Assembly: GCA_964576795.1 (NCBI GenBank)
Contig: CAZNWT010000005.1
Span: forward strand, 17,696-81,695
Origin: an uncultured Victivallales bacterium
Lineage (GTDB): Bacteria > Verrucomicrobiota > Kiritimatiellia > UBA8416
Direction: 5' to 3'
Length of the DNA stretch: 64,000 bases
Positions within the stretch are counted from its first letter, which is position 1. The number at the start of each line of letters is the position of its first letter. Below are positions 1 through 9,719 of this stretch, in pieces. The notes below the pieces were generated by a model. It searched no databases and was not told the origin of the DNA. It was given only the letters and a program-made list of their open reading frames with translations. The position numbers and the translations under genes are program-made.

Positions 1-963
<963 letters not shown>

Positions 964-995
964 TGGTCGCTTGCCATTCGTTGCGTAGGAGCTTT

Positions 996-1080
996 GTAGG
1001 ACGTGCTTCCCGGTATTCCGGGAGCGCGTGTCTCTCTGGCATCACAGCACGGGCTCCCGGATACGGGAAGCCCGTCCTAC
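996..1080. repeat. Long imperfect inverted repeat with nested hairpins in the atpD–gspE intergenic region
   Basis: Left arm gtaggacgtgcttcccggtattccgggagc (996-1025) is the near reverse complement of right arm gctcccggatacgggaagcccgtcctac (1053-1080). Each arm has an internal cccgg..ccggg palindrome. Confidence 0.6.
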
Positions 1081-1190
1081 AAGCACATGATCATGCTTGT
1101 CTGTACACCAAATCCAAGATGCGCCAGTGCAGAGGTGCCGTCAACTTTGCGCTTTGATCTGAATCGGGGGAGGGGTAGACTTTCTTTGTA

Positions 1191-2825
1191 ATGTCTAAGT
1201 TGACTAAGATTCTTATTAGTGAGGGCTTGATTTCTGCCGAACGCTTGGCCGAGGCCGAGGCGCTGGCAGCATCCTCGTATAGTCCATTGGTATCCGTCCT
1301 TGTGCAGCAAGCGTTTGTGGACGAGTCTGAGTTTCTTCGAGTCTATGGACGACTGCACGGCCTTGAGTTTGTTTCCTTGCGTGACATAACGGTTGATGCC
1401 GGTGCGGCTCGAAGCATTAGTGCCAAACTTGCTGCGCATTACCATATTGTTCCCATTCGCCTCACATCGGGAAGCATTACCATTGCGGTGTCTGACCCGC
1501 TTGATTTACGAGCCGCCGAAGATATTGAGACGAATTTGGGGCTACGCGTTGAACGTGTTTTGGCCTGTCGTGCCGACATTGAGGGGGCACTCCAACGGCA
1601 CTACGGTGTGGGTGCAGACACGGTCGAACGCATTTTGGCTCGGGAACCGGAGCGTGACGTTGAGACGCTTGAGTCTGATTCGTTGGACATTGAGCAACAG
1701 GCGTCCGATGCGTCGGTCGTACGGCTGGTAAATCAACTTCTCAAAGAAGCCATCAAGGATCGGGCAACGGACATTCATTTTGAAGTTCACCGTAACGGTG
1801 TGGTTGTACGGCGTCGTATAGATGGGATTCTCTACGATACGAATGTGTCGAGTCGGATGCTTTCGCTCTATCCCTCTATTGTCTCCCGCATCAAGCTGAT
1901 GGCGGGGCTCAATATTGTTGAGCGCCGGTTGCCTCAGGATGGGCGCGCCCGGGTCTCGATTGAGAGCCAGAATTTCGACCTGCGGGTTTCGATTGTGCCC
2001 GCAATGCATGGCGAAGATATTGTGATTCGCATTCTACCCTCTGCAATGATTTTTGATCTTGGCGAACTTGGGTTTAACGAAACGCAACTTTCTATGCTTG
2101 GGGGGTTGATTGAATCGCCCCACGGCATTTTGTTTGTCACTGGTCCCACGGGCAGTGGAAAGAGCACAACCCTGTATGCGTGTATGAGTCGTCTCAATAC
2201 GCGAGAGCGCAAGATTATTACGATTGAGGATCCGGTTGAGTATGAATTGCGCGGCATTACGCAGACGCAAGTCAATGCCAAGATCGGGTTAACCTTTTCG
2301 CATGCACTTCGTAGCATGTTGCGGCACGATCCCGACGTCATGATGGTGGGTGAGGTGCGAGATCGTGAGACCGCAGAAATTGCGGTGCAAACGGCGATGA
2401 CGGGACATCTTGTTTTGAGCACACTGCACACGAATGATGCAGCGGGGGGGGCGGCGCGATTGATCGATATGGGAATTGACCCCTATCTCATTACCTCGAC
2501 CGTGCAGGCGTTCATGGCGCAGCGGCTTGTGCGTACCATTTGCACAGACTGCCGGGAGTCCTATGAGGTCGACGGCCGCACGTTATATCGTGGGAAGGGG
2601 TGCGATCGTTGTAATCACTGTGGGTTCTGGGGGCGTATCGCCATATGCGAGTTCCTGCCGTTGACAGATGAAATTAGCGAATTGATTCTGGCAAAAGCGT
2701 CAGCGCATCAAATTCGTGAGCGTGCCAATGCATTGGGTATGAAAATGTTGATTGATGATGGTTGGGCTAAGGTTGAGCAAGGACTGACGACCGTCGAAGA
2801 GATTATGCGAGTTACAGCGGTCTAA
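1191..2825 (+). CDS. gspE: Type II secretion / type IV pilus assembly ATPase (GspE/PilB family)
   Basis: N-terminal GspE_N-like domain, Walker A GPTGSGKST, Asp and His boxes, and a C-terminal tetracysteine motif CTDC…CDRCNHC. Confidence 0.9.
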   Translation: MSKLTKILISEGLISAERLAEAEALAASSYSPLVSVLVQQAFVDESEFLRVYGRLHGLEFVSLRDITVDAGAARSISAKLAAHYHIVPIRLTSGSITIAVSDPLDLRAAEDIETNLGLRVERVLACRADIEGALQRHYGVGADTVERILAREPERDVETLESDSLDIEQQASDASVVRLVNQLLKEAIKDRATDIHFEVHRNGVVVRRRIDGILYDTNVSSRMLSLYPSIVSRIKLMAGLNIVERRLPQDGRARVSIESQNFDLRVSIVPAMHGEDIVIRILPSAMIFDLGELGFNETQLSMLGGLIESPHGILFVTGPTGSGKSTTLYACMSRLNTRERKIITIEDPVEYELRGITQTQVNAKIGLTFSHALRSMLRHDPDVMMVGEVRDRETAEIAVQTAMTGHLVLSTLHTNDAAGGAARLIDMGIDPYLITSTVQAFMAQRLVRTICTDCRESYEVDGRTLYRGKGCDRCNHCGFWGRIAICEFLPLTDEISELILAKASAHQIRERANALGMKMLIDDGWAKVEQGLTTVEEIMRVTAV

Positions 2826-2837
2826 TCGAGGGCACCG

Positions 2838-4046
2838 ATGCCGAGCTATATCTACAAGGCTAAAGAGGGGCCAAGCAAGACTGTTCAAGGGGAACTGATT
2901 GCAGAGTCCGAGGCGTCCGCGATTGCGCGTATTGAGGCGATGGACTTGATTCCCGTGTGGGTTCGTCCCAAGGGGGCGGGGCATGCGGTGAGCGCACGGC
3001 CTTCGCAACGTGGCATTCGTTCGCGCGACATATCCGTTCTTACTCGCCAGCTTGCAAGTATGTTGCGTTCCGGGGTTCCGATTCTGAGAGCCCTAAACAC
3101 GATTGGGGATCAAACCGAAAACCGGCGGTTGCAGGCTGTTATTAGTGACCTTGAGGCCTCCATTCGCGATGGCAGCATGTTGTCAGAAGGGATGCGGCGT
3201 TACAAAAAGCTGTTTCCAGATCTTTATGTCAACATGGTTGAGTCAGGCGAATCCGGAGGGGTTCTTGATACCATGCTCTTTCGACTTGCTGAAGCGGGGG
3301 AAGTTGAAGAAGAGAATCGCCGAAAAGTACAGGCAGCCATGGCTTATCCGGTGCTGGTTGCGGTTGTCGGTTTTATTACCGTTTTAGTGCTGCTGTCTTT
3401 TTTTATGCCACGTGTGGTCGTGCTGTTTGAGGGATATCAGCAATTGCCTCTCCCCACTCAGATTCTGATTGGGGTTAGCACCTTCTTCTCCAGATATTGG
3501 TATTGGCTTGTTTTTGCAGTGGTTTTGGTTGTTCTCGTCTTCCAACGTCTGGCGGCGTTGGACCGCGGACGCACCTTTGTGGATGGGCTGAAACTCCGGT
3601 TTCCACTGTTGGGTCGATTCTTGCGGGATGTTGATCTGGCACGCTTTGCCCGGACGTTTGCATTGTTGATTGCTTCCGGAGTCTCCATTGATCGTGTATT
3701 GCGGTTGAGTGCAAATTCTATTCATAATGCCGTTTTGCGTAACGAAGTGGAGTCGATCCGAACCCGAACGCTGAAGCATGGCATGACGCTTTCGGCAAGC
3801 ATTAAGGGCTCGGTATTCTTTCCCCCATTTGTTGGCAATATGTTGGCAGTGGGAGAGGAGACAGGGCACATTGATGAATCGTTGAATGAAGTTGCCCGTT
3901 TCTATGAGGGGTGCGTGGATCGACAGAGCCGTATGGCGACCTCTCTTATCGAACCCATACTCCTGCTTGTTGTCGGCCTGCTTGTTGGATTCATTGTGTT
4001 TGCCATGTTGTTGCCCATTTTTGAAATTGGGAGTGGGCTGCGGTAG
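2838..4046 (+). CDS. gspF: Type II secretion / T4P platform protein (GspF/PilC family)
   Basis: About 400 aa with a duplicated T2SSF-type domain architecture and three transmembrane segments. It lies directly after gspE. Confidence 0.85.
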   Translation: MPSYIYKAKEGPSKTVQGELIAESEASAIARIEAMDLIPVWVRPKGAGHAVSARPSQRGIRSRDISVLTRQLASMLRSGVPILRALNTIGDQTENRRLQAVISDLEASIRDGSMLSEGMRRYKKLFPDLYVNMVESGESGGVLDTMLFRLAEAGEVEEENRRKVQAAMAYPVLVAVVGFITVLVLLSFFMPRVVVLFEGYQQLPLPTQILIGVSTFFSRYWYWLVFAVVLVVLVFQRLAALDRGRTFVDGLKLRFPLLGRFLRDVDLARFARTFALLIASGVSIDRVLRLSANSIHNAVLRNEVESIRTRTLKHGMTLSASIKGSVFFPPFVGNMLAVGEETGHIDESLNEVARFYEGCVDRQSRMATSLIEPILLLVVGLLVGFIVFAMLLPIFEIGSGLR

Positions 4047-4055
4047 TCTGAGTAA

Positions 4056-4086
4056 ATCGGAAATTGGAAATTGGAAATTGGGAAAC
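4056..4086. repeat. Tandem GAAATTGG repeats
   Basis: cggaaattggaaattggaaattgggaaa. Related degenerate copies occur at 24948-25022 and reverse-complemented at 11228-11262. Confidence 0.6.
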
Positions 4087-4195
4087 AGAACCTGACATTT
4101 CATGCCAGCCAACCCCCTGTCGTCGTACCTCCGTCGGATTATACAGGGTGGAAACTTACGGGTACTAGGCGTCGTGATGAATTGGTGGTTATTTC

Positions 4196-4288
4196 AACGT
4201 CCAACAACCAACGTCCAACGCCCAACTTCCAAGAGAGGGTTCCTCTTCGTTTGGCGTTGGTTGTTGGACGTTGGTTGTTGGGCGTTCG
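4196..4288. repeat. Palindromic CCAACG-rich dispersed element, copy 1
   Basis: caacgtccaacaaccaacgtccaacgcccaac…gttggcgttggttgttggacgttggttgttgggcg forms a long hairpin. A related copy lies at 16316-16388. Confidence 0.65.
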
Positions 4289-5087
4289 ATTTGAGTTTCA
4301 GGTTTGGCGGGGCTGGGGAGTGGCGTGGTTGCTGATTCTGGTTGCCGCATCGACGCTCGCTGGAGCGACTCCCGATGTGTGGGACACCCTCAAAGGCAAG
4401 CACTTTATCGTTTCCCATCAGGGAAATGCAGCCTTTGCGGCAGAGGTTCTGCACCGGGCAGAGTTGTATTACGATTCAATTGTGCAGCAACTCGGGTTTA
4501 AGCGAGTTGATAACTTCTGGCTTTGGGAGCGTCGCGCCCGGATAAAGCTATATGCGAGTCGTCAGGCGTTTATCGAAAGCACGGGGGCTCCTGATTGGGC
4601 GACGGCCAAGGCCAATGTCCGTGACCGCACAATTGAATCCTTTGGTAACAGTAGGGTGTTTCTCGAATCCAGGCTTCCCCATGAGATGGCTCACCTTTTT
4701 TTTCGCGAATACATTGGATTCACGGGTGCGGTTCCGCTCTGGCTGGATGAAGGAGTTGCTCAGTGGTGTGAGTTTGAGCCTGGGCCATCTACGCCGCCCG
4801 CTTTGCGGAAGTGGATTCCGCTACGGGTGATGACGACCATGACTGTAAATGAAATTATGGATGTTGATCGGGCACAACTTTTCTATCGCGAATCCGCTTC
4901 TGTCGTTGAGTATTTGGTTACGACCTATGGCAAAGGTGCATTCACAAAATTTTGTCGACAGTTGCGGGATGGAAAACGTTTGGATAGGGCTTTGCGGTTT
5001 ACTTATCCAAACACCATCTCTACACTGGAGCTATTAGAACAACAATGGTCTGTGTGGCAGATTGCACGCAGTATTCGCAATCGCTGA
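4275..5087 (+). CDS. Secreted gluzincin-like metallopeptidase (Peptidase_MA-like; HEMAH…E), start uncertain
   Basis: HEMAHLF followed by WLDEGVAQ gives the HExxH + E zinc-binding signature, and there is a hydrophobic signal-like segment WLLILVAASTLAGA. The ORF is open from 4071, but the upstream part is repeat sequence. Alternative starts are TTG 4275/4278 or GTG 4320. Confidence 0.5.
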   Translation: MLGVRFEFQVWRGWGVAWLLILVAASTLAGATPDVWDTLKGKHFIVSHQGNAAFAAEVLHRAELYYDSIVQQLGFKRVDNFWLWERRARIKLYASRQAFIESTGAPDWATAKANVRDRTIESFGNSRVFLESRLPHEMAHLFFREYIGFTGAVPLWLDEGVAQWCEFEPGPSTPPALRKWIPLRVMTTMTVNEIMDVDRAQLFYRESASVVEYLVTTYGKGAFTKFCRQLRDGKRLDRALRFTYPNTISTLELLEQQWSVWQIARSIRNR

Positions 5088-5110
5088 TACGGAATAGGGA
5101 AGGAGATACG

Positions 5111-5506
5111 ATGAATAAGCAGAGAGGATTCACGCTAATTGAGTTAATGATTGTCGTGATCATTATGGCGGCACTGGCTGGGATGGTATTGCCGCGCCTT
5201 CTTGACCGTGCTGATGATGCGAAGATCAATATTTCAAGAGGTGAGATTGCATCCATCACAATGGCGCTGAAGTTCTATAAACTGGACAACGGCTCCTACC
5301 CAGGGAATCTGAGTGCCCTGATGTCGAATGCCGATTCTGCAAACAACTGGAAGGGCCCCTATCTTGAGAAGGCTGCGGTTGACCCCTGGAAGCGAGCTTA
5401 TGAGTATCAGCGGCCGGGGCCCAATAATCCAACGTCCTTCGACTTGTGGTCAAAAGGTCCCGATGAGGCCAATAGTGATGATGATATCTCGAATTGGGAA
5501 GACTAG
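5111..5506 (+). CDS. gspG: Type II secretion major pseudopilin
   Basis: Prepilin leader MNKQRGFTLIELMIVV and GspG signature …W.GPYLE…DPWKRAYEYQRPG…FDLWSKGPDE. An RBS ggaagga lies upstream of the ATG at 5111. Confidence 0.85.
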   Translation: MNKQRGFTLIELMIVVIIMAALAGMVLPRLLDRADDAKINISRGEIASITMALKFYKLDNGSYPGNLSALMSNADSANNWKGPYLEKAAVDPWKRAYEYQRPGPNNPTSFDLWSKGPDEANSDDDISNWED

Positions 5507-5531
5507 GCTTTTGAATCGGTCTTCTTTTTCT

Positions 5532-5978
5532 GTGAGAACAACTTCTCGCGATGGGTTCACTCTTATTGAGGTGCTTATTGCTGTTGTCATCCTTTCGACG
5601 GGAATTGTTGTCGTGTTACAGGGATTGCAATCATCCCTGAGTGCCTTGGATGGTGCGGTGGAAAAGACGCGATCGGCAATGCTGTTGCAGGGGAAACTGG
5701 AAGAAGCCCAAGCGACTGCACTTGTTGGAGCAGACCCGTCAACGCTTGGCACGAGCGGTGGCTTTGCGGATCCTTTCGGTCGGTATCTCTGGCAACTGAA
5801 TTCTGTCTCTGCCCCGCTGTCGAGTATGGGTGGTGGGGTGGAAGGTGGCGGAGTGTTTTACGAAGTGAATGCCACGGTGTGGCGGGAGGGAAGTGTGCGC
5901 ACCTATTCGGCCGCAACACGCGTCTATGTGAGGCCTGAATTGGATGCTTCATTGGGGGATGTGGGAGGTTCTCTGTGA
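5532..5978 (+). CDS. Minor pseudopilin (GspH/I-like), GTG start inferred
   Basis: Prepilin-type N terminus …RDGFTLIEVLIAVVILS. The frame is open from 5328, but the leader length fits GTG 5532. Confidence 0.6.
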   Translation: MRTTSRDGFTLIEVLIAVVILSTGIVVVLQGLQSSLSALDGAVEKTRSAMLLQGKLEEAQATALVGADPSTLGTSGGFADPFGRYLWQLNSVSAPLSSMGGGVEGGGVFYEVNATVWREGSVRTYSAATRVYVRPELDASLGDVGGSL

Positions 5979-6565
5979 ATCGCGTTCGCCAGTCTGCCTT
6001 TACGTTGATCGAGCTGGTGGTGGTCTTGCTGATTATGGGCACTGTGGGCTCGGTTATTGTTGCCTGTTTTATGGGAGGCGTTCGTGCCTATGAACGGGCC
6101 CGTGATTTTGGTCGCGGAGAAACCGATGTTTACATCGCCTTTGAAATGTTGGAACGCGATCTGAAAAATGCGGTTTGGGTTCCCGGATTCCCTTTTATGG
6201 GAGAGCCCTCTTTGATGCAGTTTGCGAGCAAGCGGTCTGAGCCTGTCGAGGATGTAGGGATGGGCCTTGATGTCGTAAAAATTCAGTATCTGGAGCGTGA
6301 TGGGGATGGCGTTTCACGGTCTTCGTCGGGTTTCGGAGAAACGGTTGTGGGCGATTCTGAAGTGTGGGACACCTTGCTGGCCGGAGATGTTGCTATGTGC
6401 TTAGCCTTTAGTGAAGGTGCCGACGCGGGGCATCTTCCGACGTGGGTCGAGACGTGGCAGAGTGAATCAAACCTCCCTCGTCAGGTGCGCGTTCAGTTCA
6501 CAGGTGGGGAATTTGGTGACGCTGGTATTGAGCGCATTATTACAATTCCGGTGGCTGGGGAGTAG
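5975..6565 (+). CDS. Minor pseudopilin (GspJ/H-like)
   Basis: N terminus MNRVRQSAFTLIELVVVLLIMG is a prepilin methylation-type motif. The start overlaps the previous stop. Confidence 0.6.
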   Translation: MNRVRQSAFTLIELVVVLLIMGTVGSVIVACFMGGVRAYERARDFGRGETDVYIAFEMLERDLKNAVWVPGFPFMGEPSLMQFASKRSEPVEDVGMGLDVVKIQYLERDGDGVSRSSSGFGETVVGDSEVWDTLLAGDVAMCLAFSEGADAGHLPTWVETWQSESNLPRQVRVQFTGGEFGDAGIERIITIPVAGE

Positions 6566-6567
6566 GA

Positions 6568-7650
6568 ATGATCATGGGTGCCGCAAATTTTAAGGAGTGT
6601 TGCCCAAATCGAAAGAGCGCCTTCCTCCTTCAGAAATCTCGCTCCGGGGGGAGTGTTCTTATCCTTGTGTTGTGGGTTCTTTTCTTTCTGGTGGCCCTGA
6701 CCGTGGCTGTTGGAACTCACGTTTCAGCCGCTATTACCGCCGCCGAACGGCTGTGGTCGCGTATGGAAGGCCGCTCTCTTGCAGAGGCTGGTGTTCAGCA
6801 GGCGTTCGCGATAGCCATGCAGCAGACCAATGAGTGGGATGGTATCGCCCGTGACGCATGGAATCGTGATCTCTCGGCTTTTACTGATATTTCCATCGGT
6901 GATGGGTTGTGTTCTATCCACTATTGCACGGTTGGGGCCGATGGAAGCGTCGTAACGAACGCCGGTATTGTGGGTGAGGATGGGAAACTCAACCTCAATA
7001 CGATTGTGAAGAGCGATGAGTCGAAACTGGCGTTTGGGGTGCTGATGACAACGGTCGGCGAGCTTGACGCCGAGCGTGCTGATAAGGTCGTGGCAGCAGT
7101 GTCAGATTGGATTGACGAAGACGATGAAATATTGACAGGGGGAGCGGAGAGTGGCTACTATGCGAGTCTGTCACCCTCGTATAAGTGCGCCAACGCTCCG
7201 ATGCGTTGTATGAGTGAATTTAGGCTTGTTAAAGGGGTGAGCAGAGAGCTGTATACACGGCTGGTTTCCTGTTTAACCGTGTATGGGTCTGAGCTAGTGA
7301 ATGTGAACTGTGCACCCGAACCGGTTATAGCGGCTCTGGCACAAGCGCATGCGGAAGGGACGACCGATCTTGATGCCTGTGCGTCATTGGCGGAAAAAAT
7401 AGGGAATTTTCGTAAGGCCGGAGGGGCGTTTCGCGAATCTGATGATATTGGGAGTCCTCCCGAGGATATTGGGCTTACAGGAGATGAGCGCGCCTTGTTT
7501 AGGGGAATGCAGTCGGGACTATATTGGAGTTCAACCGCTTTTCGTGGGGTTTCCGCAGGTGTTTTTGAGGGTGAGGGGCATTCTGGGATGTCGATTGAGT
7601 TTGTTTTGGACACGGTAAGTGGAAGTTTTGTCTACTGGCAAGAACGGTAA
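6568..7650 (+). CDS. gspK: GspK-like minor pseudopilin
   Basis: N terminus …SGGSVLILVLWVLFFLVAL is the GspK-type variant leader. Its ~360 aa size and position after three pseudopilins fit GspK. Confidence 0.55.
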   Translation: MIMGAANFKECCPNRKSAFLLQKSRSGGSVLILVLWVLFFLVALTVAVGTHVSAAITAAERLWSRMEGRSLAEAGVQQAFAIAMQQTNEWDGIARDAWNRDLSAFTDISIGDGLCSIHYCTVGADGSVVTNAGIVGEDGKLNLNTIVKSDESKLAFGVLMTTVGELDAERADKVVAAVSDWIDEDDEILTGGAESGYYASLSPSYKCANAPMRCMSEFRLVKGVSRELYTRLVSCLTVYGSELVNVNCAPEPVIAALAQAHAEGTTDLDACASLAEKIGNFRKAGGAFRESDDIGSPPEDIGLTGDERALFRGMQSGLYWSSTAFRGVSAGVFEGEGHSGMSIEFVLDTVSGSFVYWQER

Positions 7651-7689
7651 GTGGTGTTTGCATTTTCAGTATAGGATGAGGCGGAACTG

Positions 7690-9162
7690 ATGGGAAGCAA
7701 GGGTGCAAAGCTAAAACGTTCGGAGGGGGAGCCCCGCAAGATCGTCGTGCTTGTCGAGATTGGTAACGACTGGATCAAGCTGATCCAAGCCGAATCCAGT
7801 AAACGCGGCGTTACCCTTTCAAAGGTTCACCTTGAGCCGATTGACGTAGACACAAACGTTGTAGATAGCATTGCATCTGCGCTGAAAGCCAAGAAGTTCA
7901 GTATGACTGCGGTATTGACATGCCTTCCACGACAAGCGGTGAATCTGCGATTATTGGAGCTGCCGTCTACGGATAGTGCCGAAATAGCTGACATGGTCGA
8001 GCTTCAAATCGGTCGCCAAACGCCCTATTCCCGGGATGAGATTCTTTCCGACTACAAGCCGTTGGGACGCACACGACAAGGGACGTACACGCGAATTATG
8101 CTGGCAATCGTGCAGCGTAGCGTGGTGCGTGAACGTTTCTATGAAATCGAACAGGCCGGTCTGGATGTTGAACGCATGGGCGTCAGTTCTGAAGGGGTGT
8201 TGAATTGGTTTCTGTACCGAATGAAGGATAAGCCTCAGGATAAGGCTGTGGCCCTTATTGATGTGGATTCCTTTTATACGCAAGTGCTTGTGCTCCAGCA
8301 TGGACGCGTCATTTTCACCAAGAGCATTCTGGTAGGAGCCAAACAGTTGCTGGAGACGAGCGAAGAAAGTCGCGGCCAGCTTACCCAAGAGATTCAGAGT
8401 GCATTTCAGTCTTGCCGCAGTGAGCTTCGTGCTGGCGAGATTGAATCCATTGTTCTGTCGGGTTCAGGTGTTAATATTGAGGGGTTGGCTGAGGAGTTGA
8501 GCAGCGGGCTGTCGCTGCCTTGCGAAGGCCTTGATTCTTTGGCGGACGTCAAATTGGGCAAGGGGGCGGGAGATTTGGGTGATCCTCGTTATACAACAGC
8601 CTCTCTGACGGCCCTCATTGGCATGGCGTTGAATCCTGACGCCCTTGAATTTGATTTAATTCCAGATGTGGTTCGTATGCGCAGGACGCTGCTGCATAGC
8701 GCGTTATCGTCCACGATGTTGGCGGCTCTGGTTATGGCGGCGATGGTGTCCGCCTCGCTGTATGCGATGTTGTCCTATGCGTTCAAAACGCATCGTCTTA
8801 ACGCATTGCGTGAAGCTGTGGCCATAACGCAACCCGCTGTGGTGAAGGTTGAGCGTATGCTTGAGGTCATCCGCGAAACCAACGAACGCCAGGACTCGCG
8901 TTTTTCCATGGTGAATCTGTTACCAGCCATTCACGGTTGCGTCCCCAAAGATGTCTATTTTGAGTCCATTGATGTTGATGTAGAGAAAAAAAATGTCTCT
9001 TTGTCTGGAACAGCACCTGCCCGAAAGGATATTCGGGACCTGCTTAAAATGCTTGTGGATTCACCGTTTTTTGGCGATGTGAGTGAAGATGGACGCGTCA
9101 CCATGGATAAGGATGGACGCTTTAAGTTTCGGGCTGTTGCCAAGTTTGAGGAGGATTCCTGA
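7690..9162 (+). CDS. GspL-like / PilM–PilN-type inner-membrane assembly protein
   Basis: An actin-like cytoplasmic domain of ~330 aa (LSGSGVNIEGLAEEL) is followed by one TM (LAALVMAAMVSASLYAML) and a ~130-aa C-terminal periplasmic region. Confidence 0.55.
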   Translation: MGSKGAKLKRSEGEPRKIVVLVEIGNDWIKLIQAESSKRGVTLSKVHLEPIDVDTNVVDSIASALKAKKFSMTAVLTCLPRQAVNLRLLELPSTDSAEIADMVELQIGRQTPYSRDEILSDYKPLGRTRQGTYTRIMLAIVQRSVVRERFYEIEQAGLDVERMGVSSEGVLNWFLYRMKDKPQDKAVALIDVDSFYTQVLVLQHGRVIFTKSILVGAKQLLETSEESRGQLTQEIQSAFQSCRSELRAGEIESIVLSGSGVNIEGLAEELSSGLSLPCEGLDSLADVKLGKGAGDLGDPRYTTASLTALIGMALNPDALEFDLIPDVVRMRRTLLHSALSSTMLAALVMAAMVSASLYAMLSYAFKTHRLNALREAVAITQPAVVKVERMLEVIRETNERQDSRFSMVNLLPAIHGCVPKDVYFESIDVDVEKKNVSLSGTAPARKDIRDLLKMLVDSPFFGDVSEDGRVTMDKDGRFKFRAVAKFEEDS

Positions 9163-9716
9163 TGCTCGGTCGACTATCGCAACTTCCACCTCGGGAACAG
9201 GTCGGACTTGGCCTCGCCTGTGTTTTTGTGCTCTTGCTTATTTCGGATCAAGTTGTCGTGAAGCCTGTGTCTAAAATTTTAGATCGAATGGGTGTTGAAA
9301 TCGAGGTCGCTGAAAAGCAGGATGATGATAATCGCGAGATGCTTCAGTATGAGACCTCGGTTGAGGTGCGGTATGAACAGGTAAAGAACCTTATTGGGGT
9401 TTCTACGTCCGAGCAGGAGAGTGTTGAGCGTTTCAAGAGCAGTATTGATGAAATGGCGCTGCGCAATGCTATTAGCTTAAAGTCCATGCAGCATCTTACC
9501 CCTGAGCCAACTGACTTTTTGGTGACCTACTTCGTGGAAATTAGTGATTTTGAGGCCGAGACTTTAGCGTTGATCAATTTTCTGCAGGAAATTCAATCGG
9601 CACCGGGCATGCTGCGGGTCAAGAAGATGGCGTTGTCATCGCAGGATGAAACCACGATTGTGAAGGGCTCATTGGTCATCTCCAAAGTCATGACTCTCGC
9701 AGGGGAACAGGAGTAA
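9162..9716 (+). CDS. GspM/PilO-like bitopic membrane protein
   Basis: N-terminal TM (LGLACVFVLLLISDQVVV) followed by a coiled segment and a C-terminal α/β region. The start overlaps the upstream stop (ATGA). Confidence 0.4.
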   Translation: MLGRLSQLPPREQVGLGLACVFVLLLISDQVVVKPVSKILDRMGVEIEVAEKQDDDNREMLQYETSVEVRYEQVKNLIGVSTSEQESVERFKSSIDEMALRNAISLKSMQHLTPEPTDFLVTYFVEISDFEAETLALINFLQEIQSAPGMLRVKKMALSSQDETTIVKGSLVISKVMTLAGEQE

Positions 9717-9719
9717 GGC

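Noticed and set aside
3384-4112. 242-aa ORF on the minus strand
   Set aside because: It lies entirely antisense to the well-supported gspF and has a low-complexity translation.
4071-4274. N-terminal 68 codons of the ORF track's 4071..5087 ORF
   Set aside because: The region consists of GAAATTGG and CCAACG repeat DNA. The real start of the metallopeptidase is more likely TTG/GTG at 4275-4320 just before the signal peptide.
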